Below are positions 13,262 through 26,726 of a DNA stretch of 64,000 nucleotides, one piece after another. Numbering within the stretch: the stretch's first letter is position 1; each line of letters starts with the position of its first letter. The notes beneath the pieces are model-generated. The model saw only the letters and a program-made list of their open reading frames with translations. It was not told the DNA's origin and ran no database searches. A program made the translations under genes and the position numbers. The stretch lies in NCBI GenBank assembly GCA_026023565.1, contig JAPETS010000010.1, positions 620,001 through 684,000 on the forward strand. Direction: 5' to 3'. This DNA comes from Cirrosporium novae-zelandiae (Eukaryota).

Positions 13262-13407
13262 GTGGGGATTCGGGTTATTGGAGATACCCCGCACATGACT
13301 AGCTACTCTTAGGGCTAACACCGGTCATCATCAGGGGTTTGATTCCTGCTTTACTTCCCCAGCATCCACTGATGACAGTTGAAAACAACTTCGATGTATT
13401 TGGTGGA
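13262..13407. promoter_or_regulatory. CreA-type SYGGRG sites and a GaaR-type CCNCCAA site in the divergent GH105/MFS promoter
   Basis: GTGGGG 13262-13267, CCCCGC 13287-13292, CCCCAG 13357-13362; TCCACCAAA on the minus strand at 13399-13407. Confidence 0.4.
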
Positions 13408-13575
13408 ACACGTTTTCCCCATCAGTTATCTCCCTAGCCTTCTTGGCAGCAGGGCACAATGGGTCAGATATCAAGGGCAGAGGAACCAGGTTTGGCCAAT
13501 TCTGTCCTCATATTTAAACTATCTGTTATATGGTTCCGAATTTTGATACTCCTTTTCCAATACTCATGAGCAGCC

Positions 13576-15545
13576 ATGGCGCATCCAGATCACAGCAGCC
13601 CCGAGGTAATCAAGTCGTCCCCTGAAAACGACATAGTTCAATATGCAGCAGCTTCCCCAGATGGTACTGATCAATCCGACACGAAGAATCAACGAGATCA
13701 GGAAATCTCTCATATCGAGCGCATTATCTCGCCCACGAGTACAATGAACAAAGACCAGATGGACTATGACCGTGTCGACAAAGAGATTGCTAAATACGCA
13801 AGTGCTGGTCGTGTCGATGTTGATGAAGCAACATCCAAGAGACTGAAGAAACTAATTGATCAAAGAGTTTTGGTTATCATGATTGTCACATACTTCCTGC
13901 AGGCTCTGGATAAAGGAACACTTTCATTTACTTCAATCATGAACATTCGGGAGGATACCAATCTGCGCGGTCAAGAGGTTTGTCAACGCTCCATCTAGCC
14001 CTTTTTGAGAAGTTCATTCTAATTCGTATCAAGTATTCTTGGTTAACGACCTGTATATATATTGTGAGTGTTTTGATTGAGTAAAACGCCAACTGGAGAA
14101 GGCCATTGATACCTCTAGGCTGTTCTGGCGGTCGAATATCCTACCAATTGGATCATTCAACGGGTACCCATTGCCAAATACCTTGGTATAAATATCATGC
14201 TTTGGGGTATGATCCTTGCTTGTCATGCAGCAGCCAACAACTTCGCTGACCTTGTTGCCCTGCGTACCCTTCTCGGTGTCTTCGAGGCTTGTTGTCAACC
14301 CAGCTTCATCGTCCTGTCGAGCATGTGGTACAAACGTGAGGAGCAAACCGCAACTGTTTCCTACTGGTAAGTCGAAAGTACATTGGTCCTTGTTATTTTG
14401 CAACAGTCAAGTGGCTTCTTCAAAACTAGAAAGTTGAGAGATATCTAGGTATATGATGAACGGTGGCCAGCAAATTGTCGGAGGTCTTCTCGCCTACTGC
14501 TTCACCCTCATTCATAAAGGTCCATTGAAATCCTGGCAAGCAATTTTCATTGCATACGGTTCCTTAAGTGTTCTTTGGGGCTTGTTCGTCATTTACTGGA
14601 TGCCAGACTCCCCAATGCGTGCAAAATGTTTCTCAGAAGAGGATAAACACTTGATGATCGAACGCGTTCGGACAAACCAAACAGGTATTCAGAACAAACG
14701 CTTTCGAAAGGAGCAAATGCGGGAGGGCTTTTCCGATCCACAGACTTGGTGCTATTGCGGTATTGCAATATTCACGACCTTGCCAACTTCCGGGCTTGGT
14801 GCATTTGCTAACATTATCATCACGGGCTTCAACTTCACGGTGTTGCAAACCCAACTGTTGGCAATGGTATTGGGCTTTTATATCATCATCGTACTTTTGA
14901 GCTCCATGTGGCTCATCAAGAAGACCGGTCAGAATCTGCTTGTTATGCTTGCTTTTGTAGTCCCGTAAGTCGTTTCGCTCCACTCCTTTCTGCAAATCTC
15001 GTTTGGAATTGACAATAACTAATTTCCCTCCTCCTAGCTCTTTCGTTGGCACCATCGTTCTTATGACCGTAGTAAACACGGACCTGGCAACCAAAGTCGG
15101 CCTACTGATATCCTATTACATCACTCTCTCTTTCTGGTCCGCACAAACAATTTCGCTCTCCATGGTGTCCCGAAATGTCGCAGGCCAAACCAAAAAGGCT
15201 ACCGTCGTAGCCGCAAACTTCGTTGCTTGGGCAGCTGGCAACGCCATCGGACCTCAGGTCTTCCTCTCCTGGGACGCTCCTCGCTATTTCATTGCATTTT
15301 CCGTCCACTTAGCCTGCTATTCCTTACTCGTTGTAACAATTGTGTTCTTACGGTGGTGGTTAAAGAGGCAGAATGTGAAAAAGGACAAGGCGCTATTGTT
15401 AGCGGCGGGGCTAAGAAAGGAGGAGGCAGAGAATCAACCGGAGGCTAAGAGGGCAGAGTTCGCATTGGAGGCTGACCCGTCCCTTGTTCATGCATTTGAT
15501 GATCTGACGGACTGGGAGAACCAGAACTTCCGGTATATGTATTAA
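13576..15545 (+). CDS. MFS transporter, anion:cation symporter (Dal5/allantoate-permease-like) family
   Basis: LKKLIDQRVL..YFLQALDKGTL, EYPTNWIIQRVP, LRTLLGVFEA, MWYKREEQ, WMPDSPMRAKCFS, SRNVAGQTKK, GNAIGPQVF, C-terminal AFDDLTDWENQNFRYMY; several introns. Confidence 0.92.
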
Positions 15546-16008
15546 AATTGGATTGAAGTAGGATACCGGTATAATTGCGTAGGTATTAGCGAAGCTTGGA
15601 TTTGGAATATTAGCGGATGAAATAAATAGTGTCTTGACAATGTCCAGAATATGCAATTTGTGCAAAAAAAAATTATCGAGACACAATGCAAGAACCAGAA
15701 CCCCCCCAATTTGGTAGTCACCATCTGAGCAGTCTCAACTTTCTTGAAATCTACAACGAAAGAAAACCAGTGTTCGGGTACGTACCAAGATAAGATACAG
15801 ACAGGGACGGGTGATTATTTCTTACAGATTTAATTACCCAGAAATATCCGAACCAACTTTTTTTCCCACACTAAAAAAACCCACCACTACAATACTTAAT
15901 ACCACTCACTACAACATCATTTCTTACATGCCCCTCTCCCCCTCATTATTCACCCAACAACAAAAACAAATTATATATACATATCTCCCAGCAGATAAAA
16001 AGATAATG

Positions 16009-16111
16009 GGGCCTGACCGGGATTTGAACCCGGGGCCTCTCGCAATTAAGACTGATCGTTTGGAAACGACCTGAACCCAAAGCGAGAATCATACCACTAG
16101 ACCATCAGGCC
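16009..16111 (-). tRNA. tRNA-Pro (anticodon UGG) with 31-nt intron
   Basis: GGCCTGA/TCAGGCC acceptor stem, TGGTCTAGTGGT A-box, CTCGC-TTTGGG-[intron]-T-GCGAG anticodon arm, GGTTCAAATCC B-box; 103 nt minus 31 = 72 nt. Confidence 0.95.
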
Positions 16112-16572
16112 GAATCAGGAATCAATCGAAATGTACGAATGTGATTCGTTGAGAAATCCGTCCGCTAAACTGATCTATGACGATTTGACGAGATGAGATC
16201 AGAATTTTACAAAAATATGTTGGACACTGCTATCAAGCCTATTCCGAATAAGGCATAGGGGCTATGAGGCTCCCTAGTCACAAAGTTATAGAGTTTAGGT
16301 CACCTCTTGAGATGACCCACAACCTCCATCATTTTATCTGCACATACCCAGCGTGCCAGTAATAGTTATGTATTTGTTTTTGACGACTCACTACTGGATC
16401 CTTTCTCCGTACAGATATACTTGCTGCTTGATAACTAGAAACGTTTTGTTTATTAAGCCTTGTATCCTCATAAACTAGGACTCCGATATATCTATTTATC
16501 AGTTTTTTTTTTTCCCATGGATGCTGAATCATTTTCGATGCTTTCCCGAGTCCTCCTTTTCCCAAGGAATTT

Positions 16573-18443
16573 TCACTGCTGGGTTGGCATTTCCCCCTTT
16601 GCTTTAACTTCCAACCCTGCATCTGCTTCCCTCCACAAACTTGTGACCGTCTTAGTCTGCGTATAGAAATTTATTCCCGATTTTCCATAAAACTTGCTTG
16701 TTCCCCCACCCGCAACACTTCTCTTGTTCCCAGTAAAGCTAAACATAGGGAGAGGTACGGGGATAGGAACGTTGATACCGACCTGACCAGCTTCAATTTG
16801 CTTTTGGAACATGGCGGCGGAAGCACCCGAGCGGGTGAAGAGAGCGACGCCGTTTCCGTACTCGTTGACATTGATAAGGGAAATGGCATCGGCAAGGGTG
16901 TCAACGTTAAGGCAAACAAGAACAGGACCAAAGATTTCTTCCTTATAACAACGCATATGAGGTTTTACATTTGTGATGATTGTGGGGCCAACCTATGAGC
17001 GTGATTAGTGGGTATTCTTCCCGGGGAGGAATATGGAGGCATACAAAGTTTCCATTAGGATACTTTTCAGGCTTGTAACCCCGTCCATCAAGCAGAATTG
17101 TAGCACCTTCCTCCTCGGCGCTTGCAATCAGCTCCTCAATTCTTGCCTTGCTCTGGATACTTATGACAGGACCCAAATCAGCCCCTTCTTCAAACCCTGC
17201 ATTTACATTTAATCCCTTTGCTCGTTCCACTAATTCAGGGATCCACCCGTCTACCTCTTTCCCAATTGATACTAACGTACTCAATGCCATGCATCTCTGT
17301 CCAGCTGCCCCAAACGCGGCACCTATAATTGCATTCAGACAATGGTTCTTATTCGCATCCGGCAGAACCGCCGCATGGTTTTTGGCACCCAAATTGGCTT
17401 GAACACGCTTTCCATTTGCGGAGCCCCTGGTAAAGATATATTCACCAGCCTTGTTGCTACCCACAAAGGAAATAGCTTTGATAGCAGGAGCATCCAGGAT
17501 GAAGTTCACAGCATCGACGGAACCGTGAATAATATTAATAACGCCGGGAGGAAAACCAGCTTCACGAGCGAGTTCGGCAAGGATCATAGCCGCACCAGGG
17601 TCACGCTCGGAGGGCTTAACGACGATGGTGTTACCAGTAATAGTGGCGACTGGAATACACCAAAGTGGGATCATGGCAGGGAAGTCTAGGAGATAGTTTT
17701 TGTCAGACGTTTATACTGGTTGACATGGGTTGTATTGATTGAGCGTGGAATGACTTACTAAAAGGACAAATGGCAGCAACTACGCCCAATGGCTCCTTAT
17801 ACTCCCTCGTCTCCATGTCTTTGGAAACCTCCAGAACCTCCCCAGTTATTTGTGTGGTAATCCCACAAGCGGTCTCTGCTACTTGAAGACCTCTTAAAAC
17901 ATCACCCTTGGCGTCTGCAAATGTTTTGCCCTGCTCCAATGTAATGCTAGCGGCAAGTCTGTTCCAGTGTTCTCTAATCAGATTCACAAATTTGAACATG
18001 ATCTGCTGTCTGGCTAAAACGGTAGTAGCTCTCCATGCTGGGAAGGCCTTTTGGGCACTTGCCACAGCAGCTTCAAGCTCGTCGGTTGTGGATTGAGGAA
18101 CACGGGTGACGAGGTTGTTGGTTGCTGGATCTGGAAGGTCAATCCATTTGGTAGTTTTTGAAGGATGGAATTCGTTATCGATGAAGTTTTGGGTGTCAAT
18201 TACGTCTTTAATTGGATCGTGAGTGGTGGGATAGCTGTCGGGGGTGCTTGCGGCCGATGTTGTTGCTGCCGACTTCAGCATTTGTGGTGAGATGTGAAAG
18301 GGGCGAACAGGAGCAGCATTGTTAATGAGTTGGGAAGGCATTTTGACGGGCCTCAATTGTGATGTACGAGAAAGGATTGACCGAGTAGAAGCAGTAGTTA
18401 AAGTAGCTCGAAGCACCGGGGCAAGTCTTATACGACAGGCCAT
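16573..18443 (-). CDS. Methylmalonate-semialdehyde dehydrogenase (ALDH6 family), mitochondrial
   Basis: Arg/Ser-rich presequence; [75 protein letters not shown]; 2 introns. Confidence 0.95.
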
Positions 18444-19145
18444 GATTGAGTGGAGATTTCCTGAATTATATAGTCAGAAGCAGCGCATAATGCACAACGC
18501 ATAAGTCGTGTGATTTTTGGGTCCGATGGGGCTACCTTTAAAAAAAGAGCGAGGCGCTGAGCTAAAATTATTGCAGTTCCTGTGATGATTTTGATCGAGA
18601 CATCCTGACCATGGATTATATCATTGTTATTGGTAGATGCGGGGCCAAGAGGAGCCCGAGGAAGTGAGGGGTCCTTGATGATGCCGAGAAGCCCTGCAGG
18701 ACCCTGCCACAGGTCTAAGAAGCTCCCCGATTTTCGGCCATTTCGGATTATACCTATCTATCCATGTCTCCTCTCCCCCCAATCTTTGCCGGAGAGATAC
18801 ATCATCTCCGTCAATTCTTGAGAAATTAAATCTTATAATGAATAGCTTAAGGAATATCCTTTGATCCTACCACTACCACTACCACTACTTTATAATTGGC
18901 CCTAAAGACATAGAGATCCCATTCATATAGCCTTTAAGTAGGACCAGGTACTGCTGCCATTGAAGTGACCCCTTAGCATACAATCATCAAGAAAACTCCT
19001 CTTTCAAAACCCGATCACAGAACCAAAGCAATTTGCACACATTGATTAATGCTGCTGCTATAAAAATCCATCGTTCATATTCACCATAACCCGCCTGGAA
19101 AAACTCCTCTTTTTGTTCAACTTCCTCCGTACTAGAAACTAACAA

Positions 19146-21011
19146 TTACTGCTCTGCGGCTTGTGACTTCCGCTTGTTCACCTCAGATTTGGTCGTCTCT
19201 GCACCAGTGGCAGCAGCTTCAGCAACCTTTTCCTTGACACTCTTTGCGGCACCCTTCCCCTTCTCGGCTGCTTTCTTGGCCTGAGGTGCGCTTGATTTGC
19301 TCATGCTGACAATGCCAGCAATCAACGCAACAACGGTGACAAGGATACCACCAATACCCATTCCGACCTCAGGAACAAATTTGAATGCCTGGACAGGATC
19401 CTTCTGGGCGATTGTGAGGAAGAGATCCCATTTCTCAGCGACAAAGCGCACAGGATCATCCATAAACTTGAGATCAGAGGACTTTGGCTTATCTTCCTTC
19501 TTGGGCTTAGTGGCATCTTCCTCAGCCTTTTCAATCGGGTTCTTGATGTCCCAAGTGTCTGCCTTGAATTGATCGGCGTCTTCAATAGAGTGGCCAATGT
19601 AGATGTTGTCAAAGAGGATGTTGTTTTGCATAGTCCAGATTTCAAAGCCGATAGCTCCCATGGGTTCAAAGTTGGAAGGAGTATTGTCTTCAAAGTAGTC
19701 AGGGTTAGCGATCTTTCTTGGCTTCCAGACACCCTTGTATTCAGGGTTATCAATCATAGGTGCGGTCCATTTGCCCTTGAAGTCGGGGTTCTTCTTCATT
19801 GGTGGCTTCCATTCTCCGCAGCCGGACACTTCGTCGCACTTGGGGTTAGGAACGGTGGGAGGAATCCAATCACCATCCTCCTCATCATCCCAATCCTCTG
19901 GCTTCTCGGCCTCTGGGTCTGGGACGGAGACAGGTTCGTCATCAAGCCAATCATCGGGCTTGGTGGCTTCCTCATCAACAACCTCATATGGCGCATCTTC
20001 ATCCCAGTCATCTGGCTTCGTAGCCTCTGGGTCAGGAATTCTGGCTTGCTCAACCCAATCGTCTGGCTTCTCGTCATCCTTATCGTCAATCTCCTTTTCG
20101 GGGGTAACGGGAGGATTGAAATCCTCAAGAAGACTGCCGGACTTGGCCTCATCGCCATCGATATCAATGGCATAGGTTTGATCAGGCTTAACGGTCAACC
20201 GGTAAAGAGTGGTAGTCTTGGTGATCCGAGCGATAGGTGGGGTCTTGAGGTGTTTCTCCTCATATTCACCGGTCTTGGGGTTCTTGTGTTGGAAGATGAA
20301 ATGAACCTGGAATATTATTAGATAAAGTCAATATGGATTGTAAGATCCTAGACTGACCTTATTCGTAGCACCACACTTGTCGGGACCAAACATGATGACG
20401 TAAGGAGAGGCATTGGAGAATTCTTCCAAATGCAATGCCTCGTTGTCCCGAAGAAGCTTCATGTAAGCACCACCACATTCGAGGCCATCTGTTGTAATCA
20501 CTATTAGCCAACTATGATATAGCATATAGAAAGAATATAAAACTTACTCTGAAGTTTAACTTCATATTGAACAACCAACGTGTTATCAGTGTTGTCGATT
20601 GGTTTCTCGAATTTTGACGAGATAGCGTGATGTGCGGCGGGGTTCTTGACAACCAAACCCTTATCGCCCTCGATACCTTTGAGGACGGTGGGTTCTTCTA
20701 CAGACCACTCGCCAACATATGCCCACTCTTCATCATCTTTGGAATTTTCCTTTGTAGCATGAGAAGGTTTCCATCTAGTTTCCCAATCATCGGTGAACTG
20801 TTCTAAGAATGGTGCTTTCAAGTTGGATGGCTTGGACAGTCAGTAAAAATCAGTGCAAATGATAAAAAAAAGCTAGAAAAACTGGGAATCTCACAGTAAA
20901 TTCAGGTCTATCAATATCCGAAGGGGCAGAGGGCTCATCGTCGGCAATAGCATGACCGATGAGAGCAGCCGACGAGAGGAGAGCTGGAGCAAGTACAGCG
21001 TTCAACCTCAT
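19146..21011 (-). CDS. CNX1: Calnexin (ER lectin chaperone)
   Basis: Signal peptide [65 protein letters not shown] and [12 protein letters not shown]-domain repeats, [10 protein letters not shown] segment and basic tail. Confidence 0.97.
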
Positions 21012-21813
21012 GTTGAACCAGGGCGTCAAACACCGACGAAGATATGGAGGAGATAGGTATAACAGGACCGAGCAGAGCAGAGAGATTTATTGGAGAGGAA
21101 AATTGAATTGTAAAAAGCAATGAACCTGTCGGTCTCTTAAATGAGAGAAGAAGATGCTGGAAGCTGTGAAATTAACAGAGTGTCCAATTCACAATGTAAG
21201 CCAGATACCCTGGTCCGTGATTTTAACTTCGGCTATTACTTCCCCGTCAAAAGGACAACTGACGATACGGAACTGCTTGATTAAGCGGAAAAATCAAATC
21301 TTTCAACTTCCGGAACGTGTCCATTTCACTCAATTAATATTTCTTTAGACCCCTTTCTGGTAATCATGATACGGTGTCCTTCTATGCTTTTGCATTTCAT
21401 AAAGAGCACAGGGTGCATGAAGATCCTGACTTCAAAATCAATAAGTGAAATCATTAATATAAATTACATAAATTACAATGGCATTGTGGAAATATATTAC
21501 AAGCCGGAACTCTGTGCAACACAGCTCCGCAAACCCTAATTCTTTGATTATTCAATCCTCATCCCTTCCAACAGCCTCAAAATTTAACTCTATATGGTCC
21601 TGGATGGGTAGATGCTGCATTGTAAAAACTTTCATTTGTGCTTAGATAATATCCAATCCTCTCTCTACCTAATCAAAAAAATCTATAACAGATTATCCGT
21701 CCTAGCTTAGTAGTCGGTGCTGTAAATAGTTTAACATTAGTTTTTTTCCCTCCCAACGCCTCGCTCAATATGATCAGTACAGTATGCCGTTTAATGTAGT
21801 CGATATGCTGTTG

Positions 21814-22822
21814 TTAGACCCACGGCAAACCCATTTTGTGCATTTCAACAGCCAGCTGAAAGATATAATCCAAGCTGAAATAGCAATTAGTTAGGATGCC
21901 GGCGTAAGCTTCGGAGGTTTAGAGCTAGCTCACCTTTCACATTGGGTCTTGGCCTTTGCAACGGTATCCCCCCAGACATAGCTAGCTACCTATCAGCTTC
22001 CATAATCTCGGTCGGGTTTAGCATTACTTACATTCCATGCCTCCTCACCAACACAGCATAGGTATCCGGATACTTATCCATTGCTGCTTCTAGACTCTCG
22101 GTCAAATCTTCTTCCCTATGCTCATATTAATATAATGCCACAAGAACACGACAAACAAAATCTTACTGGGCCGTATTTTCAATAATTGGTACTTTCAACG
22201 TGTCAAAGTATCCTAGGTATCCTTTGCCTTTCCCTCTTGGTATCCCCTTAATCTGCTCAATGTTACTGATCTCGAAGCACCCTTCGTTACCCTTCTCTCT
22301 CTCAACCAACAAGGTTACCAGCACAGCCCATTGCGAGTGTGTATGAATGCAGCAGGCAGCTTCCCTCTTCTCGAAAGCAGCCATGAATAGCGGTGTACAT
22401 TGTGAGGGCTTAAGTGCGGGGGGCTTGCGGATATATTTCTTGGAAGGATATTCGAGGACGAACATATCGGAGGGCTGAAGCATTTCCTTTTGTACACCAG
22501 AAGGGGCAAAAAATATCTGGGAATCACGACGGATGGAGGCTCCGCCGCCGGTTCCAGTAACCTATATTCAGCTAATTTTAGCCTTTTGACCTTTATGATT
22601 TCCATTCAGAATCAGCCAGGAGATTGTGAGCTAGCATACCCATCCTAAAGCATAGAATTTGCGGCATAGCTCACAAATGTGGTTTGCAGGGTGGTTTGGA
22701 TCATTAGAAGTAATCAGATGGTCGCAGTTTTCATCATGCTTGTCATCCTCTACCGGAGAATTTCCTTTGGCAAAATTGATGAAGGTGGATAGAAAAGCAC
22801 CGGTGATGGAGCTTGCTACCAT
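21814..22822 (-). CDS. MDE1: Methylthioribulose-1-phosphate dehydratase (methionine salvage)
   Basis: [90 protein letters not shown]; multi-exon. Confidence 0.95.
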
Positions 22823-24654
22823 TTTCTTCGAAGTTTGAGTGGAGAGTGTTCTTTGAAGTCCTGAAGATAAGTTGTATAAAATGTTTTTAATGATAGAATT
22901 TAGCAAAGTTCTAGTGATAGTATTTCCTCCGCGGGGTCTTCAGTACGGTATAGAAAAATAGACCAATAATATCCACCTAGAGGGAAACGTGAGGGGAGAG
23001 ATGACGGAGAGTTGTGAAGAGCTGTAGAGAGTTGCGATTAATCTCTGCTCTGACGACCCAAATAGACAGGATATTTCATAAAGATATTGCAAAGCAAGTT
23101 GGCAGGAAGTTGATCCCCAAAGATTGATTAGCAGAATAATTCTGACAATTGCGTGCTTTGATACTTTCCAGGATAAAAGTTTTCATGATCTCAGGCTAGA
23201 GAACGGAACCCCACTCAAATAATTACTTGAGTACCTTTTTCCTGATTCCTTCACAAGAGAAGCCAAGGGATTTTTCTGCCGATGTCATTCACCTTCTTCA
23301 TTCACTATACTTACTCCTTTCGACAAATAAAAATAAAAGCGATCAGACCCAAAGACGGAACTAGAAGTTAATAATAATTCAATTTGAAGGCTTCCCTAAG
23401 GTCACTTTGCGGGGTTCCCTTTTTGGGTCTAGCCGGTTTCATTTCTCCTCGTCGAAAGTGAATGAATGATAAAGAACTTGCTTCACATATAGTGATGGAG
23501 TGTTTTATATCGTTGGAATCATGGTGTACAATATACAAAGATGTTAGCAACAAGTCGACCATTGACGATTGTTATTCCTTGCCTAATGTTTGCCTGCACG
23601 TACCCAGAACTTTATTTGGAGCTGCATATCCCTAGCATTCTTCCGGGTACATTTGATTCCACGTTTCATTTCACCATCAATGGTAACTTGGTACAAAATA
23701 TTTCATCTCTCTCGATTGAAGTCGTTGTGTTTAGCAGTCATAGCCAACATAGTTCTCTTGGCTGTAAGCACTATCTTCAGATTTCGGCTTTTCATGGGGA
23801 ACTCCCCACAGAACTATCCATGATGGACCAACCAGTCAACACCTGCCAGGCAGTAGTTAAACAGTCGTCTAAAGTTGAAAGAACTCAAGATCTTGGGATA
23901 TCTTCTTGCAACTGTGTTCTCCAATGCATGCGAATAGCCCAGTCGAGATAATTGAGTGTTGTTGAGTAGGAGTTGTCAGAGTTTTGGATGCTTAACTCAC
24001 TTCGTGATAAATTATAGTGAAACCTCAACTTTACCAAGCCGACAAACAATTGAGCCTATATCAAACCTTGAGGGTGACCACTATCTATCGCTGCTATACT
24101 TGAATGGTTTATAGTTGGTCAATATCTCAATAGTAAGACTCCTCTGATATATACCATGCGGATTTAATCTATGATCCAACATACAGAGAATATACAATAA
24201 TGTACGGATAAAATGATATCTTAGGCGCATCTTCTAATATATATATACCAATTTCCCATCGACACCGATGTGGGTGCAACCTTTTTCCGACTCTTAGTTC
24301 GCGAGAGAGGAAGAAAGGAAGCCCCTTTCCAGATTTCGCCTTTGGAATGCACTATATAAAGCCATGAATGACCAGCCTAACAGCAGCAGCTTGTACAGTC
24401 AAGTAACCAAAGTAACCTTATAAATTAATAAGAGAGCCCTGGACCTCCCCGTCATAACCCTTAGAAATATAGTCTATGCTAGTTAGGGGGGGGTTCAAAG
24501 TTAGGATTTCTTGGTTTTGGATATGATATGGACACGCTGGCCTCTAAGCTCTAAGTATCAAGTATTAGAGGTCACTTCCTATATATAGGATTGACTATAC
24601 ATGAATCATCAAGAACACTGGCTTCATGTATGTTCTATGTGCGAACCTATCATG

Positions 24655-25945
24655 TCACTCAGTAGTTCCCTTGTATATAGCACCACAACAACAAAATTAT
24701 ATAAATACCTCCTACCTAAAAGCCCCCCTTCTATCATCCTTATCCCTTCCCGTCAACCAACAAGTACGAGTACGAGTACGAATCAAGAGTGTCCTCCCTT
24801 TCTTCTACAAAATTCCTTTTTCTAGGGCATTCTAATCTCATATCACTAATCTCAACGAAACCGAAAAAACCCACGCACGCCACCCCCAGTTCAGTTCAGT
24901 TCAGTTCCTCCCTTCAGCAACCAAAATCTATGTTCTATCTACTACCTCTCACTTACCCGTACCTTACCGTACCTTACCGTACCTTAACTTCCCAAAAACT
25001 AATATCATCTCACCCCCTCCCCCGGCCCGAGTTATCTAGGTCATCCTGAACGGGCTTGCTTGCTTGCTATTAATTAATTGATTGATTGATAGATTCCATA
25101 TTCATTATCATCACCCCCATCACCTTACCTTTATCCCATCCCATCCATCCCTACCCCCATCACATTTCCATTACTATCTACCTATTTTTCCCTCCCATCC
25201 CCCACCTCCTATCCAACCCCCTATCAAAGCCTCACCCCTTCCATCAGTTTTCGTTAATGGGATTAAAACATGGTATGGTTATCATGTCCCTAGGGACCTA
25301 CCTTCCTTTCGGATATTGGATATTGTACTTTGAGAGAAGAGAATCTTTGATGAAGCATATGTATGTATACTCTTAATTGCGAGCTTTAAGTAGTAGGGGT
25401 TAGGTGGGAAGTTCTGCCGTCATTGGTATTCTTTAACCTGATGGCCTTGGGGTCTAGAGGGCGGAGGAGAGGGGGTGATTAATTGTTTGTTTGTAAATCT
25501 TAGGGGGTGGGGGCAATAAACCATTAGTAGTGTATGTATGGGGCGGACACTGAAGCGTATGGGGATTGCGTTGAAAGAATGAATAAATTGACTGGAGGGG
25601 GTATTGTAGCTGTAGCTGTAGATCGAATCGGGTAGACTCATTGCTACAACAATCCAATCCATAATGTCCTAAAAAAAAAATAAAAAAAAATCGAAATCAA
25701 TAATTAATATAAAATCAGAATTACCATAGAAGAAACGGAATTTTTAGAAGAAAAAAAAAGGTGGTACTTAATTTCGTACCCGTAGGTGTTGATGGGAAGG
25801 AAGGATAGTAGAAGGGGATTTTTAGGGGGTAGGCTGCTCGTACAACTTTTGTATAAGCGCTACATAAATAAGGTAGTGGAGGAACTGAACTGGACTGGGG
25901 TGTGGGTGTTGGATGTGGGTGGGTTTTCGATTTCGGTTTGGGGGT
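24655..25945. repeat. Diverged inverted repeat with permuted sub-blocks (arms about 24655-24911 and 25695-25940)
   Basis: 24711-24850 aligns to the reverse complement of about 25833-25700; 24858-24911 aligns to the reverse complement of 25939-25878. Confidence 0.65.
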
Positions 25946-26726
25946 AAGGGTTTATAGGATTATGTATTTAGTACGAGATGAGATGAGGATGAGGAATGTT
26001 GGAGATGGGCGTAGGGGCGTAGGGGCGTAGGGGAGTAGGGTAGGAATCTAATTAGTTAGTAGTCGACTACATAGGATTGGAGGGATGGCTCATTAAAATG
26101 AATGTATGAAAAATGAAGAGCATAAGGGTTAAAATTCTTTTGCTTTAAACACTTCAATTATCCATTATATGTATCCTGGACAGAATAATCAAGTAATTAA
26201 TTCCATCCAACAACATTCGACCACTGAATGAAAAAAAAAACCTCTCTTTGTAGAATCGAAATCATTATCTTCAAAGCGTAATGTATTAAACATTGGAAAA
26301 TGAAAAAGGTATTAATTCCCCAACAACAAAGAATTTTGTTCACAAAAGAAGTGAGTATATGCACATGCTCCACCCCGATGCGCCTCATGCCTTCCTTATA
26401 GGCTTATCCGTCATATTATCGTAACAAACGTATTTTGATCGTGTCATCGTTAAGAAGATGAAAAAGAATTCTTTTTGCCTACCTTTGTTTTTTTCCCACT
26501 TGTTTGCTTTTCACTTGCTTTGGTTCTTTTGGGTCGTTGGTTGATCCTGATTAGAGCGATAAGGCAAACCATGATGATGAGAAATTCTCGGATGTTTCTA
26601 AAATACCAGTGTAGGGACCGGACCAGTGCATATACTGTATGGCAATGGATTTAAACACCCACAGAGGTTATCCGCCGACTTCGTATACATGGCACAAAGG
26701 CCTATGATCGAAAAAAAACCAAATCT

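Noticed and set aside
19569..20321. 250-aa antisense ORF over calnexin
   Set aside because: Shadow of the repetitive P-domain codons; no independent features
23001..23951. Possible decayed gene (stop-interrupted frame plus 136-aa ORF)
   Set aside because: Stop density is near random expectation and there is no recognisable motif
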